DNA of 64,000 nucleotides from NCBI GenBank assembly GCA_964035545.1, contig OZ037766.1, forward strand, positions 14,250,722 through 14,314,721, written 5' to 3'. Shown here in pieces: positions 13,997 to 28,462 of the stretch (position 1 is the stretch's first letter; each line of letters starts with the position of its first letter). The translations under genes and the position numbers were made by a program. Under the pieces are notes generated by a model. It was not told the origin of the DNA, searched no databases, and worked only from the letters and a program-made list of their open reading frames with translations. The stretch comes from Bugula neritina. Its lineage: Eukaryota > Animalia > Bryozoa.

Positions 13997-14345
13997 TGTA
14001 GTGGGTCACGTAATGTAGTAATGTAAGAATCGTCCCCTCTTCGTTCGGGGAATACTAAGGCCCCCATTTATTATTCAATAAGAAGAACCGGAAGATGTAC
14101 TTCCGACCCATGTGACAGTTCCCGGGCAATTAGCAATTATCACGTTGTTGTGAGCGAGGACTCGAAGTGTGTACACGTATTAGTAGTGACTGATGTTGTA
14201 TTGTAACTTGATGTAATGTTTGTTTTGTATTGTATTGTGGATAATAAAGGTAATTACTTGACAGCTACCCTAGTAATTGCCAGTAGAATAGCCTACTAAA
14301 TACGCAAGTGAAAACTCACGCACAGTAATTGCACGAATTACTACA
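13997..14345 (+). mobile_element. Candidate solo LTR
   Basis: Starts TGTAGTGG (alternative start TGTAGTAAT at 14014) and ends ATTACTACA. Internal AATAAA near 14243; richer in CpG than its flanks. Flanks ctgg/ctag give only an imperfect 4-bp TSD. Confidence 0.5.
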
Positions 14346-16180
14346 CTAGTGTCTAAATTTATTTTATAAATGTGTTACAGAACAGCTGTGAATAGAACAA
14401 ATCCAAAATTTATGTCAAATGAACCATATGTTATCCATTAACCTTTGTATATTAGTAGTTAGTATTAGTACTATTACTAGTTCAAATTGTGAATATAGAA
14501 GAAGCTTGCATTTAACTTAGGTACATAATAAAATGGTAGTTATTAGTTACAAAAGTATCAACCAATAATATTAAACTCACCACTGACAGTATCATGAATA
14601 ATATTTTCTATAATTCTAGTATCAGTTAAATGTAGTAAGCCCTTACTAACACTAAAATAAAGGTGAAGCTCTTTCTGTTAGCAAAAAAAACTTAGTTATA
14701 GCATTAGCATTGTAAGATGACTACGAATAAAGCACCTAACAATAATATGGTAATATCCTCATAGATTTTTTAGCAGAAACTATTACCAAGGTCACCTGAA
14801 GGCTAAAACCTCTGACTATAGCTAAACCTCACCTTCTACAGCACCTCCTGGTCATTAGCGTGCATGATTTGTTACCTCTACTAGAGCAGCTTCCTTGTCA
14901 CTTCTGTTACTAATCCTAGGCGTGTTTTTAAACAGCTGAAGCAGCGAATGGCCGTGCGCAATAACATCACCTGACGAGTGCGTTAATGGGGATTCCCCGT
15001 TAGCGTATTGTTTGTTTTGAAATTACCCATTACGTTCAATGGCGGGAGCACAAAGGCTATGAAAGGTTGTTGAGAATTTGGTGCGTATGTACGTAGATCG
15101 TACAATGATAATAAATCAATGACAAATTTATTTACAACCAGTGCACGGTGCTTATAAGTTTTGGCGAAACTAATCTACTAGCAGGCTATTTACCAGTTGT
15201 ATAAAATTATAGAGGTTATAGCATCTCTGCTGTAAACTGTTAAAACAAGATTGGACTAGGTTATCTTGTAAAAGTTAGCGTGAACAATTTACAAACTTAT
15301 AAAATGAATAATATACCTTATTATTGGCTAGTTCTAGAATTTCCGCATGCATGCAACGAAGTTTCTATGAGCCATCAAGCACAAAAAAATTATTAAAACA
15401 CATGCATTACTGTTCAACAATTCTAATGTAAAAGCTATACATTTTCAAAATATTAATGTGCATCTAATGAAGTGAATAAGTAATGTTAAAATCAATCATA
15501 TTATCATATCATGCATCTTAAATATTTTCTGTACTCTATAAGTAAATTGGCATGGGGTTGAAAGATCTACTTGACTTGGCAGGGATCTATTCTATAGTTA
15601 CATAATTACAGACGACAACTTTGAAAAAGAAAGTTGTTAAGATACTAGTTTTCAGGTGCTTTTTAGCTCCCATAATATGCCAATAAAAGTTTGAAATATT
15701 TATTAAATTGAGAATGTACAGAGTTATTAATCTGGAAAATGCAGAAAGTAATAGACCAGATGGGCACAAAAGTTTATTTTACTGCAGAAACAAACTGTAT
15801 CTTTATAGAAAAATATAAATCGGTCAGGCCAATTCAATAAAGGTTTTTCTAATTGTACAACAAAAGATAAAACTATTTTAGTAAAATATTTTATCAAAAA
15901 AAAGTGCATCAAATCTAATAGTAAATAAACCAAAAAGTAAAACGCTTCCTACTTTATAAAATGTTGAAAGTAATGAAGAGCATGCTCGTGCTACACATAA
16001 AATGATTGGAGAAACAAGATTCGAGAATTAAAAGTAGTAAACAGATTATCACCAGATGGACGAAACTTCAAACTTCAGTTGTACATAAAAACTCAGAGAA
16101 GCTGTTGAGGATAATATTCAACATGGTTAAATTGCAGTGTTGATGCACATGCAATGTCTTTGTTAGGATATAGATGGTAG

Positions 16181-19100
16181 TCAATTGTACGAAGTCAGAG
16201 GTGGATAGTCAGATGTTTTACCCCCCAGGGGTGCTTTAAATATGTCAACCACCTCTGGTATAGCTCTTCTGCACATGGGACAACTTGCATCTCTTTCCAC
16301 CCACTGTTTTATGCACTAGAAAAAACAGTTCAGCAAAAACTTGTTAAGTTTAGCCTGATATGCAAACAGACGGTGAAACAGAAGTATTAGTTATTATATT
16401 TCTGATAATGATTATACATTATTTCAACAAAAAACACTTTTTTAAAAAGGAAATTATTAAAAGGTAAAATTTTAACTAATGAGAGCGTAATATTACTTCT
16501 GTTTACAGTTGGTTATAACGATAGACGTGGAGCACAATGCTACATAACAGTAAGCTGGGCTGCGCAGTCCAATGTGAACTGCAATGTATAGAGTGACTGA
16601 AACCAATAAATTTAGCTCATGCTCTGCTACACAACTCAGACAATGAAATCACTCAGGGGGGAGGGGGAACTATAGAGCATAGATAAATTAATACAGCCTT
16701 TTGACAGGGCCTGACATCTGTTTATATAAACACAACTAATAACTCACTCAATACGATTATTTTGTACTCAATCTGTTTTGTAGTACAGCAGAAAATATAT
16801 TGAGAGAACTGATAAAAAACTTTGTTCGATTTACTTTTTTCTAGCCTCTTTCAAGCACTCATTAACTCTTTCATACAACCATTGCAACTAGTGGGTTAGT
16901 ACCTTTACACAGCAACATATTTATAGCAATGTGCTTTAGCTATTGAAAAGACAACTCTTGAAACTAGAGACTAACTCATATACAGCTTTTAACAGGAGAA
17001 TAACAACTAAAACTAGACAAAAGTAAGGCTTTATATTTAACTAACATCTTAGCTTGCTGATTATCAGATATAGCAACATTTACCCGTTGAAAATTCATAG
17101 CAAGTGTGTAAAACAATACCTTTGAATGAAAGCAACTATGTCCACAACTCAGGTGATATCGGCCTGCCTTAGAACTAAACCCTTCAGAGCAAATGATGCA
17201 GTCCTCCTATATAGAAATCATTTCATAAACATAGTTATCATATTGTATAGTTTAAAATTACTATTGCATTACATAATTGAAAAGAAATGTACTTTAAACA
17301 ATATCTGCCTATCAGCCAGCTAAATGAATCAAATATATATTAATGTTAACAGTTATTTCAGTGATCAGTTTTCCAGAAACTAACAATAAAACTAGTAATA
17401 CGTATAATAGATTCAATAAAGTAATGTAAGTATTTTAGATAAGTGGTCAAATAACCCAATAGATAGAGTAGAATGCCTTGCAATAACTTCATGAATAAAT
17501 TCAGTTCTTACAGAGTTGTGTTCTCCATTTCTTTCATCAGAAGGAGACTGAAATGCATAATAATCGCCCGAGCTAGCCCATGCCCTGCCAGCACTTGTGC
17601 CATGTTTAGTTGGGTAGCGAGAGAGACCAGCGGTACGGCTCCCTCCCTTTACAGGTCTAAGCTCAGCCTCAGAGTGGGCATACACACACTGCAAGAGATA
17701 AACTTGCTCTTATATTCACTGGCTGACTATCATATTGAAGAGAAATGCTTAATTTTTACCAGGAATAACATTTTTAAAATTCTTCAATCACTCAGCACTG
17801 TTACAATACCAATAGATATTCTAACCAGCATATGAGTTTATATGCAGAAAAATATATTTTACAACTTAGTAAGACAATATAATGCACCATAAGACATTTT
17901 CCCTTGCCTCTATCATGAAAAATACTTTATCCAGTTATGCAAGATAAATTCCGGACATCTCATGTTTTCAACAACTTATAAAAACAAAATGGGAGTTATC
18001 AGAACACCTTTAAAGCTGTTCAATGCTCACTCACTTCAGTAGATTTGAGAGTACATTTCTTATTTATATGCTTGAGACAGAGTTCGTGTTTGGGTAAAGG
18101 AAGTAGATCTCTCTGACCATGGGCGAAACCACATTCAGCCTTGGAGTACTTGCACCTATCAGCTTGGAACTGCTTGCACAATGATGTCTTGCGAAGATGA
18201 AACTGCAATCGACCAGGACACTGCTGGTAGTCACATGGTTCGGGGTGAGAAGTAGCAAGAGTAGACAACTGCAAATAGAAAAACAAACAGCCACTTTAAT
18301 ATTGAAGGCATTTTTACTTTTATAGAGCATTGCTGCATTTGCTGAGAAGTTTGGGTTTTAATAAATAAATTACTGAATGTTCTAATAGTATTGGTGAAGT
18401 GCTATATAGCATTTTCAAGGTGCCATCTAAAATAGTTCTTTTATAATTATTGTCTAAACTCTCTAAACGATGTTTATAGCCAGTGGCATATTAATATACA
18501 TACTGTCAGCAGAAAACAGAATACCTGGCCTACACCTCCGCCAATAAAGAAACATATATATCTCCAAAAGTATGTTTGAAAGGTGCGTAAATTTAAGTCA
18601 GACTGCTCAAGTAACTCAGGGAGTTACTTGAGTTACAACGGGCTTTGCATCAAACTAAAGGGCTTGATTTCGTGGCCATGGTTAAAGCACTCCATCACAG
18701 CATTTCTGAGCATAAAGTGAGAGCCTTATAACCCAATCTGTGTACAGCAGCTGTCCCCTCGTTAGCACAGAACAGAGCATCATGGAACACAAATTGTTTT
18801 TTAAATATGCTTTAGTAAAAATATAGGTGTTTTCTAATGCAAAGGTTTAAGCACTAATTTCGTTATGGCTAAAATACAAAATTACAGTTGACAAATTGGT
18901 TTTGCTAGGAAACACAAAATAATTGCAATAATACTTATTCAATAATTTACTACACTATATTATAATTATATCACTACCATCATATCCATTGAGTGTGCTA
19001 TTGTACATATAACAAAAAAAAGAAAAAGGCATCCGGAAATGACTCAAACTACAAAAGCAAAAGCTATTCGTGTCGGAAATTCTAGGTCGATATATTTTTG

Positions 19101-22100
19101 AAATGTCGCATCAACGTTGGGTTTTACTAATTATTTTCTCTAACAGACTGCAAAGGTTGCCCAAACTAGTAAATTATTGAATATATATGAACATGATGTA
19201 ATATGAAACCAACTTGCTTGAGCATAAACGTTGTATTTGTTGCCAAATACTTCTACAAACTTCATCACTACATAAATGTAATTATGCAGACATGTTTCAA
19301 CAATTGCTTACCTTTGGTTTTTCGTAGCCACCAGTCTTCTTAAACCAGTCAGGTATTGGACGAAGCTCCTTTTCTCCATGTGCATAGATGCAATCCTTTC
19401 CCCAAGGACATGGCTTTTTCATTTGATAATTCCAACAAATCCCAGTCTTGTTAAGATAACTAGATTCGGCATATTTCCTATTAGGTTTCTAAGAAAAGTA
19501 ACGGAAGCAATTAAAGTGGTTTAAACCGTAATCGTTAGCCGTAAGAGAGACTGTTAAGCAAAATAGTGCAGGAGGTTTTTAAAATTACTTTATAAGTATT
19601 TACATTTACTTCTACTTGGTTACTACAGAAATACTCAAAATAAAATATTAACTAAATGGTTTGTCATAATAATCGTGACCTCATTGTATGTAAACCAGCA
19701 CACCAGAGTATCATGTTGATAGAATAATATATGTAACTGTACAACAAAAACATTTTTGTGAGTTAGCCGCACCCTAGTATTGTAGATGGCAGCGTGGTCA
19801 TCTTTCTCAGCAGAAGTGACGGCAGCAAATGTCTCAAGTCCAGTAGATGAGTCATGTCGGGAGCCTCTTGCAGTTTGAGATGCATTATGGGGCTGCACAA
19901 CTAAAGAGCACATAATATGTTAATACAATGCAAACAGATAACTTCCAGAGACCAAACATATTATATCAAAAGTTGCGTATAATCTAAACAACATAAGTTT
20001 CAAAATACCACTAGCTTTAATGCGCTGATTGTGAAAAATAAATATTAGAAAATAAAATGGAATTTTGTGAAATTTTCAACTAAAATTTTCAAGAATTATT
20101 AAAAAATACAAACATATAATGTTTCAACACAACATTAGCACAATGTTACACAGACTAGTTACTAAATCTGACATACCTTGATTCTCCACCATGCCCCACG
20201 CCTTAGCAAGTTCTTTGGCAAACAGCTCATCCTCCTCAATCTGTTTATCATGGTCTCCGTTATCCACTGCAACTGCAAAATGAATTCACAGCAAGTGATA
20301 GAGTGATTACCTCAGTTATGCTAATGCAGATATATACTTATTTAACAATACTTTGAGATCAACACAGGATAATGTAAGGTAATCAACAAGCTATAAAACA
20401 CTCCTCTGTACTTTTAGTCTGAATCTATTACCACTACGCAAGTGATCTTAAACCAAGTTTGTTGTTGGCTATTCATATAGAGTAAACAAGAAATTTAAAA
20501 CTTTAACATAGTTGTAAATAGAGATTATAGTATTTTATATGTAATGCATTTTCCTAGTTTTTACTAAATTTTATTTATATTCATTGTATTATGAACTAAA
20601 CTATTATAACCCACGGCAATGAGATAATTTGTCAAGAGTATAGATTCTCTAACCCAAACTTTTTGGCTTCTTTCCTTTGCCATCATAACATTTATGATCT
20701 TCTGAACCAGCAGAGCCTTTTCCCACTCTTTTTATATCATTGAATTCTGCAGAGCTGACACCAAGACCATCAACCGTCCCATTTACTGATTTTATTACGC
20801 TTCCTGTTCCGGTAGAAGCCACATTGCCATTTCCTTTCAATTTTTTATCCTTGTCATCCTTTCTACTACCTATTGAGTGAACTTCAGGAGTTGTTTTCTT
20901 TTTCTCAGGAATCTTTAATGGAAAAGGTTGAGTCTTAACATCGGGACTCAGGCTCCCTGAGGCAGAAGACTCAGTGTCTGTCTGCGTTGCGTTATCAGCC
21001 TTTGCTGTCAAAGAAGATCCGACGTCCTCCCACTGTGTCATCGTAGAAACAACTTTCTTTCTGGCATCAGCTCTCCCATGAGGAACAGACTCCATGGAAC
21101 CTTTTTGTTTTAGTAAGTCCTCAGGGCATGCAACTCCCGGTGGCTTTGATAGGGAGAGTTCTCGGGGAGAAACGCTACACCCAGAATCTACAAAATACAA
21201 ATAATTTAAAAGCAAGAGACTTTACTTACAAGAAATTGTTTTAAAATCACACCATATATTTATTACTACGAATACGGTATTTTTGTATAACATTATTTAA
21301 GAAACAGTAAAAAAATACCACCAACAGGTGTTAATATACAACTCACAGAGCACAAGTGATTCTTGCTACTGCTGACATGTTATATTAACCAACATTCCGA
21401 CTAAATGAATGAAATGAGCGATTCAGATGTCTATAGAGGGGACAACTCTGCATGTATTCAAACTCGTCAGCTTTGATTATATCAAGACCACTGTGCAGTC
21501 ATAGTTGCCAATCACTTATTGGCTTTCATCATTAAATACAGTGATTAGCTACACAACCATGACTCCACAGCAGCTTCTACACATGGGAAGCCCTCTGATA
21601 ATTTGTCTCAGTAAATGCAAAGCATAGAGAGCTGGTATAATATATTGGTGCCACGGAATCGATGTAGATAATTATTAGTTCTTTTTGTTACACATTAGAC
21701 TTCGTAATATTTCAACATTTAAAATATATAAAGTTGAAACTTTATAACGACAATTTAAAACAACTGAAAAAATCTGAACTCAAACCTAGTTATTATATTG
21801 TGTAAAAGACTCAAACAATTACATTCACCAATTATTATAACATAACAATTTGAGTAAAACTGTAAGTATTTTGTGAGTACTAACAATACATATAACTGAA
21901 GTGTGAAAACTGTAAAATCTGCAATAAAACATTGCATTTAGTGATTCATATATTTACAAACTCACTGTATAGTTTTCTATACTTCTAAAAGTTATGGAGT
22001 TTGAACCATTCAAATACAATGACTTATGTATATGTAAAAATGTAGGCATATGAATGGTCTGTTTCTTTTAACTTTTATGTAAAGTAAGAGTAGAACTAAA

Positions 22101-23779
22101 TAGACTTTCATTACATATATCTCAGCAGGTAAATTACTATACGTGAAAAAACATCACTATAAATAGCTATGGCACAACGCACAGGTGAAACAATTTCAAT
22201 GCTTTGCTTTTTAATAATAGTTTTTCTTAATTAGGTGCTGTCCGATGGTCAAATTAAAACTGTAGCTATTGTTGACAGTTTTGCCATAAAGCAGATATGT
22301 CTCAAGTTGTCAGTACTGCTAAGGGATGATTATTATAAAATTAATTAGGCAAAAAAATATACTTTTGAAGAATGTCAGTTTCTAGTTATCAAATGGGAAA
22401 ACATTATCTGAATATATAGTTTACCTTCAGACACGGTGGAGCCTGTGAAGCTGGACTCCAGCTGCTGTGTATCATCTGAAGGAGTTGCAGCAGCCACAAT
22501 ATTCAGTATGTTATGGAAGTGAGATACAGGTGCATCTGGGTCCACAGGCTCAATACTATTGACGTCAACACCCGAGTTGACAGCTCTCAATGCCGCCAGA
22601 AAACGAGCCTAAAATATGGTTAAACATAACAGCAAAAAGCAGTGAGTAGCATAGGCTGTTGGTACAGACTTTTATAAACCTTCGTGTCATATATTATACA
22701 ATTAGCATCAAGTTTGTATTTTAATCGTTAATTAAAAAAATACCTATACATTTTGAGTTGCATAAGTTACTACATTATAACGTAGTTCTACTAAATATAA
22801 TTGATTTCAATTTTGATACTGACATTCATATTGTATTTATGTATGATTATAAAAAATTAAACCACTCACTGCTGCATTAACTTCAGCTACATTTAGGCAA
22901 ATCCTACGATGGCAAAGATCTTCTTCTAAATCCTTCCTAGCCTTCGTTTTCTTTTTAGGCAACTTACTTTCTTCTATATCCAACGCTTTCCTGTTTAACT
23001 CTAGCAAGAATTCATATCTCTCCAAGGAGACTGCATAAAAGCACTTCTACACAAAATATAACACAAAATAAAGAATAATACCTCACTTTATTTAAAACTA
23101 ATCTTTTTTTTAATTACTCTTGTATAATTACCAACAGAAAAAATGAAAATTTCCAGTCTTAATACCAGGCAGCAGTTTTGTATTTACAAATTAAGAGCTC
23201 ATGAAACCCAGAATATTTAAAATTGACAAGACAAGTCATGGTGTAAAATAATCTGAACATTTCTGGTGTAGCGTGGTGACAGATATAAAATAATCTACTG
23301 TGTATAAGAATGACAACATATCAAATTACTCCAAGAACTCGTGAATGAAAACTTTTCAACTTTGTATAAAAATATTATTTTGTTCTACATCTTGTCAATA
23401 AAATGTTCAACTAATGTACAATAGATCTAAATTCCAAACATGCTGAAACATAATTGAAACAACTACATATATTGAAAGTGAAAACACTAATTATACCGCT
23501 TTGTTTATTTAACATCAAACCTCCAACATCAAACATGTCAGCTTTTAGTCTTACCCATGCAATTATTGATTCATTTCGGTAGAACTCAATAACGTCATCT
23601 TTCCAATCAGCAGCAGCTGGTTCAACGTATTTCAATTTCAAAAGGTCTGCAGTTGAGGTCATATAACCATGCTCATAATCTACTGATTTTGGCAATGGTT
23701 CACTTTGCTGTTGAGAAACCTGCACTTGGGCCTTTTTCTTGTTGTTTTTCTTCTTATTACTTTTTCCAGAAGGGGCCAT
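16181..23779 (-). CDS. Paralogue B: triple-CCCH zinc finger plus RING-H2 E3 ligase-like protein (~717 aa)
   Basis: Exons (-): 23779-23555, 23046-22870, 22608-22425, 21187-20654, 20272-20177, 19900-19773, 19488-19312, 18268-18035, 17688-17512, 17206-17120, 16315-16181; all in phase. ZF1 KTGICWNYQMKKPCPWGKDCIYAHGEKELR; ZF2 KTSLCKQFQADRCKYSKAECGFAHG; ZF3 CLKHINKKCTLKSTE|CVYAHS; RING EDCIICSEGFSSKAGRYHLSCGHSCFHSK|CIKQWVERDASCPMCR; C-terminal DYPPL. Confidence 0.9.
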
Positions 23780-26700
23780 TTTGGTACAATTTAGATGCCT
23801 GAATAAAATATTAGATGCTGAAAATTAAAAAAAACAGATGCATTATAATTTATAGCACAAGTTCAATACCTACTATTGAACTTTCAAGTTCTCTGCTAGA
23901 TCTAATAATACCCAGCAAATTATGGAGAGGAGTTTGAACTCAGCAGGCAATTATAGTTTAGTGTTTAATCACATATTAGATGGAGGAATGTATTGGTGTT
24001 CTTTTTAACATGGCTGATAGACAATTAACACTCTGAAGAATTAAAGCTGTTTCTTTCTACCAGGGTCCATATCCAATACTAGTTCCTATTTATTTATATA
24101 TTTTGAGGATCTTCTCTTTAAATTATCAAGTCAGCAAATTTCGCATTTCCGAGTATACAGACAGCTATAATATATTATCATGATAGTAAAATCGTGTAAT
24201 ATTAAAGGTATATTAGTAATATAATTATTAACTACAACTTTTGACTAACCTAAACCATGGCAGAAATAATGCAAGCCTGTAGTTTTTAGTCAAGAGCAAA
24301 TAATAACAGTCTCTCTTCACTTAAAAACAACATAGCTTATTTGTAGTACAACTGCCAAACAAAAATTAGAGAATTTTGATAAAAATAGTAGTGTTTATCT
24401 GTCTAACAGGTATATAAATAAAAAAAGATAGTGGCTATATGTGATAGCTATTTTTGTAGGAATCTTATAAATCACTTTTAAAGATAAACTTAAGAGACAA
24501 GTAAAATACTGTGCCCTCAGAAGTAAACCTGGGTTTTACCTGACAGTTTAATAAAAGCCTTTATTCTATAAACTGAAGTTTAAAATAAAATTTTTAAGCC
24601 ATTGTCATGACCCATCAATATAACTTTTCTATTAAACTTATATATTTAAAAAAATATTGAAAAAGCTTATGAGCCTATGGCCTTAGTTTGTTTTGTTTTG
24701 GTTGTTCTAAGTAGATTACATAATATTTTGATATAAAAAGAGGTGGCTAAGAAAATTTCAAGTCTACCTGTGGAAAAATAAATTTAGAGAATCACTGAAG
24801 TGAATGCGACTGGATTTAAATGCAACAAAACACAATATAAACATTTTTTTTAATTTTAAGATCACATGATTTAGAAGCATTCAGAAAAAAGTTGCTCCAT
24901 AAGCAGAATTAAGCCACAGATTAGCATTGTTAGTCAGCCATATCATGGTTTAACCAAAATTGTCATACTGGGCGTGTGCAGGATTACTAAGAAGTGCCTA
25001 AAGTTTTTCAATATACCTTACATTACAAACTTCTAGCTCATTATTGCTACGTTGTAAATAGACTAAGGTGTTTGGCTTAAAGAAGGGTCGTGTTTGTTTA
25101 TACGTATTATAGTATGTAGACCACTTTATTTAAAACACAAAAGATATTTAAAAGTTTATTTTAATAATAAAAAAGCACATAAAATACATAATTGGAGCAG
25201 TAGAAACATAAAACCCAAAGCACATGTATACGGTATTACTTTCAATAATTCTTACGGTATCTACAGCTTAATATTGTTGAAATGTATATTGTTGGTAATG
25301 TATACAATTATTATGATTACATAGTATGATTGTAATTGATATACACATAGTAAAAATTTCATGAATAGTTACATGCATTCAGCAGTTCAGATAAAAAGCT
25401 TTAGTTCTAGTCACTTTGAAATCAATGTATATTTTTAATCAATATCAGAGATTTAACAACAACTACCAGAACATCTATTAACGCACTTTGCCATAGTTTG
25501 TAAACAGGTGAGTTATTTAACCATTTACATTAGCTCACATCTGCCATTCCACCCCCCACCCCCCCCCCCCCCAACAGAAGAAGAGCCTTGAAGAGCTGTA
25601 ATAATTAGAACCCAACTGATGTATTTTACACTGTAAAAATATTTTACATTTACAACAAAACATCTATCTAGATTCGAGAATCCAGATTGAAGCAGATCAT
25701 ACAAGTTATAGGACTTGCCTTCCCAACTAGCTGATTGCAGCCTCAGCAGCAAAAACATAAACATGGTTTTACAAATTTATAATTATATCATATATGGAAG
25801 TTTCTTATAAATGATGCTGCAGACTATACTCAGCAATCTGAGACATTGTATGTCTAAACTTTAAAAGACTTTGAAATTTTACAAGTGAATGTTCAAGAAA
25901 TGTTAGTGAGCCAACCGGAACAATGAATTCCCAGTACGTGAGACAGTAACTGTAACTGTAATACTTACAGTGTAAGTACTTGGGTCAGTGGAACTTGGGC
26001 TCAGCCCTAAGAATTTTATTATTCTAAAACAATAAATATAACATTAAATTTAATTACTATTAGTATTACCACTAGAAATAGAAGTTACTTATAGTTATTA
26101 AACTTAAAGTTAATAAAGATATTTAACCATTTAGTTATAGTTACTTCGTTAGATCTAATATGATTGATATTAAAAAATGCAATACTAATAGTAATACTTA
26201 TACTATTACTTATTAGTAATACCAATAGTAATAATATACTAATACTAATAGTGTTACTAAAAGTAAACTAAGCCTAATACTAAGTCTAATAGTAATAGCA
26301 ATACTTTAGTAATGTCTAATAAGTAATAGTAATACTAATACACTTACAAGTTACAGTAATATTGAATATCAAAGTAAACAATTAAAAAAGATAAACGCTA
26401 TAATTATCATACTAGCATTAGTGTTACTATTAGCATTGAAAATAAATTTAATATTAATAATAATAATTTAATATAAACATGAATATCGCACTAACCCTAG
26501 AAGTAGAATTAAAAATAAACGTAAAAGTAAAACTTGGTAACTCTAATTCTTAATCTAATATGGTACTAAAGTAATACTAATTGTTTTGTGTATCTAAAAT
26601 ACCTGCTCATCAAATATCTAACTCTCAAACTAACCTGAAGCTAAAGAGGCGGTTGTTTTAATTGTTATAAGTAGAATATAATGGCAATTATTGTTAGTAT

Positions 26701-27589
26701 CACTCAGTACGAGTATGCGTGAGCGTACAAGTGATCAAAGTGTGCAAGTGATAACCACCAACTATTTAGTCCGGTTTCCTTAGATTCGCCCAACGGTTTG
26801 CTGGAATAGACCAGAGTTCATTGGGTTTGCGATTTATATTGGCGGATCTACTAGGCCGATCGATTGATTTGGCACGCAAAGAATTAAAAGCGTTTGAGAA
26901 GGTATGCAAAATTTGGCTAGCGATAATTCCCCTATCGTGGGAAATCCTAACTATTGAGTAATAGATTTTTCCCCTCCAACGTCGCAACTAGCGTACACTT
27001 GTGAAAAGTGTGGTCAACTAACGTCACAGACTAGAGTATTTGTCAGAATTTCATTGTTTTCTTCAACAAAGCAGGGTAATAAACCTTTCCATATCCCTTC
27101 TGCACCAGAGCAGTCATGTCAAAAGTATTACAGTTACTAAATGTGACTGCATAGCCAAATTGAAGGAAAGGTGATCTGCATCAAACACATATATAATCTA
27201 AGTTGACTTGTTTTAGTCCATATTTTTCAGGTTTTGATGACATTTGGCAGGTCGTATTTGTATTTTTTTTTATAAAATTAGCTCAGCATTTAAGATTTCA
27301 ACTAACTTTTATTTGAGAAATAAAAACTATATAAAAGATTTTTAATTATTAACATGCCAACTTATCTTATCATGTATGGATGAAGCACCTAAATTAGGTC
27401 ACACATCATATTCTTTTCTACATTTTGTAAAAATATATAAAAACTTTTTACACTATGCAAGTACAACATGTAGCAAATCAATGCTATAGAGAAACTGTCA
27501 ATTTGCATTTCAAGCTCATCTTGGGCCGACTCCTTGAGAATCACATATATGTGGCTGTCTAGTATACAAAGTAACACTCATACAAAACC

Positions 27590-28060
27590 TAGGTTTTTGA
27601 TCTTGATTGAGTTAAGTCCCAAGTCCTCTCGGAGCTCCGGACAGTACGAAACAGGAAACCCTACAGGTACAGGCTGGAATTGCAGGCTATAGCATTGAAG
27701 GTGTTAATACGGGTATTCATGTTGTGGGTGGAAGATTTCATAGATTGAAGGGTGTTATTTAGGGTTGGAAATAAATCCTCATTAGCAGTAATGTGACACA
27801 ACAAAGAAATTCTCTGTGCCTGTCTGCACTTTCTTAAGATTTCTAGGCCTGGGTCAAATTTGGCATCTGCTACTGATACTTCACTACTCCTTAAATTTTT
27901 AATGAACCTTACAGCCCTATTTTGAGTACTTTCTAACTTTGTTATTAGATTCTTATTGCGCGGGTCCCATACTTCAGCAGCATATTCTAGGAGAGGTATA
28001 CACAGAGTTTTATATGCAAGAATGAAAACATTTTCTGAGGCATTTCCTAGTGTGAATGGG
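27590..28060 (-). mobile_element. 5'-truncated non-LTR retrotransposon (LINE) ORF2 C-terminal fragment
   Basis: ORF 27661-28074 contains AYKTLCIPLLEYAAEVWDP...LESTQNRAVRF, a typical post-RT motif of CR1/L2-related LINEs; followed by a short tcaatcaagatcaaaaa tail. Confidence 0.85.
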
Positions 28061-28427
28061 TTTTTTTTATTCAAAAATAATAAAACATGAGACCATGGTT
28101 AACTGACTTGAGCAGGTTTTTTAAAGGAAGATAAATACTGCTAAGGGCTTAAAAACACCATCATTGAGCCAATTCAGACAATTAAGGTGTCTTGTAGTGA
28201 AAATCTAGCTAAGCACGCATATCTGCATTATAACCAGTAGATAAAGGGAAAACAATACCTACATGCATAATGATGGCGTCAACAAATATTGAAGGTGCCT
28301 TAGTAATGTTCTAAAAATTACCCACAATTTACACTCTTGCTATTTATCATGCAGAATATCTTTATATGTTTCCAGATTTTAGAAAAGCTCATATGATTTG
28401 CTTATATGTGTAGGATGAAGTTCGTTG

Positions 28428-28462
28428 TGTGTGCGTGCTCGTGTGTGTGTGTGTGTGTGTGT
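28428..28462. repeat. (GT)n microsatellite
   Basis: Visible GT run. Confidence 0.9.

Noticed and set aside
21340-21660. Possible old LINE fragment in a paralogue B intron
   Set aside because: Composition is suggestive but there is no clear motif or boundary.
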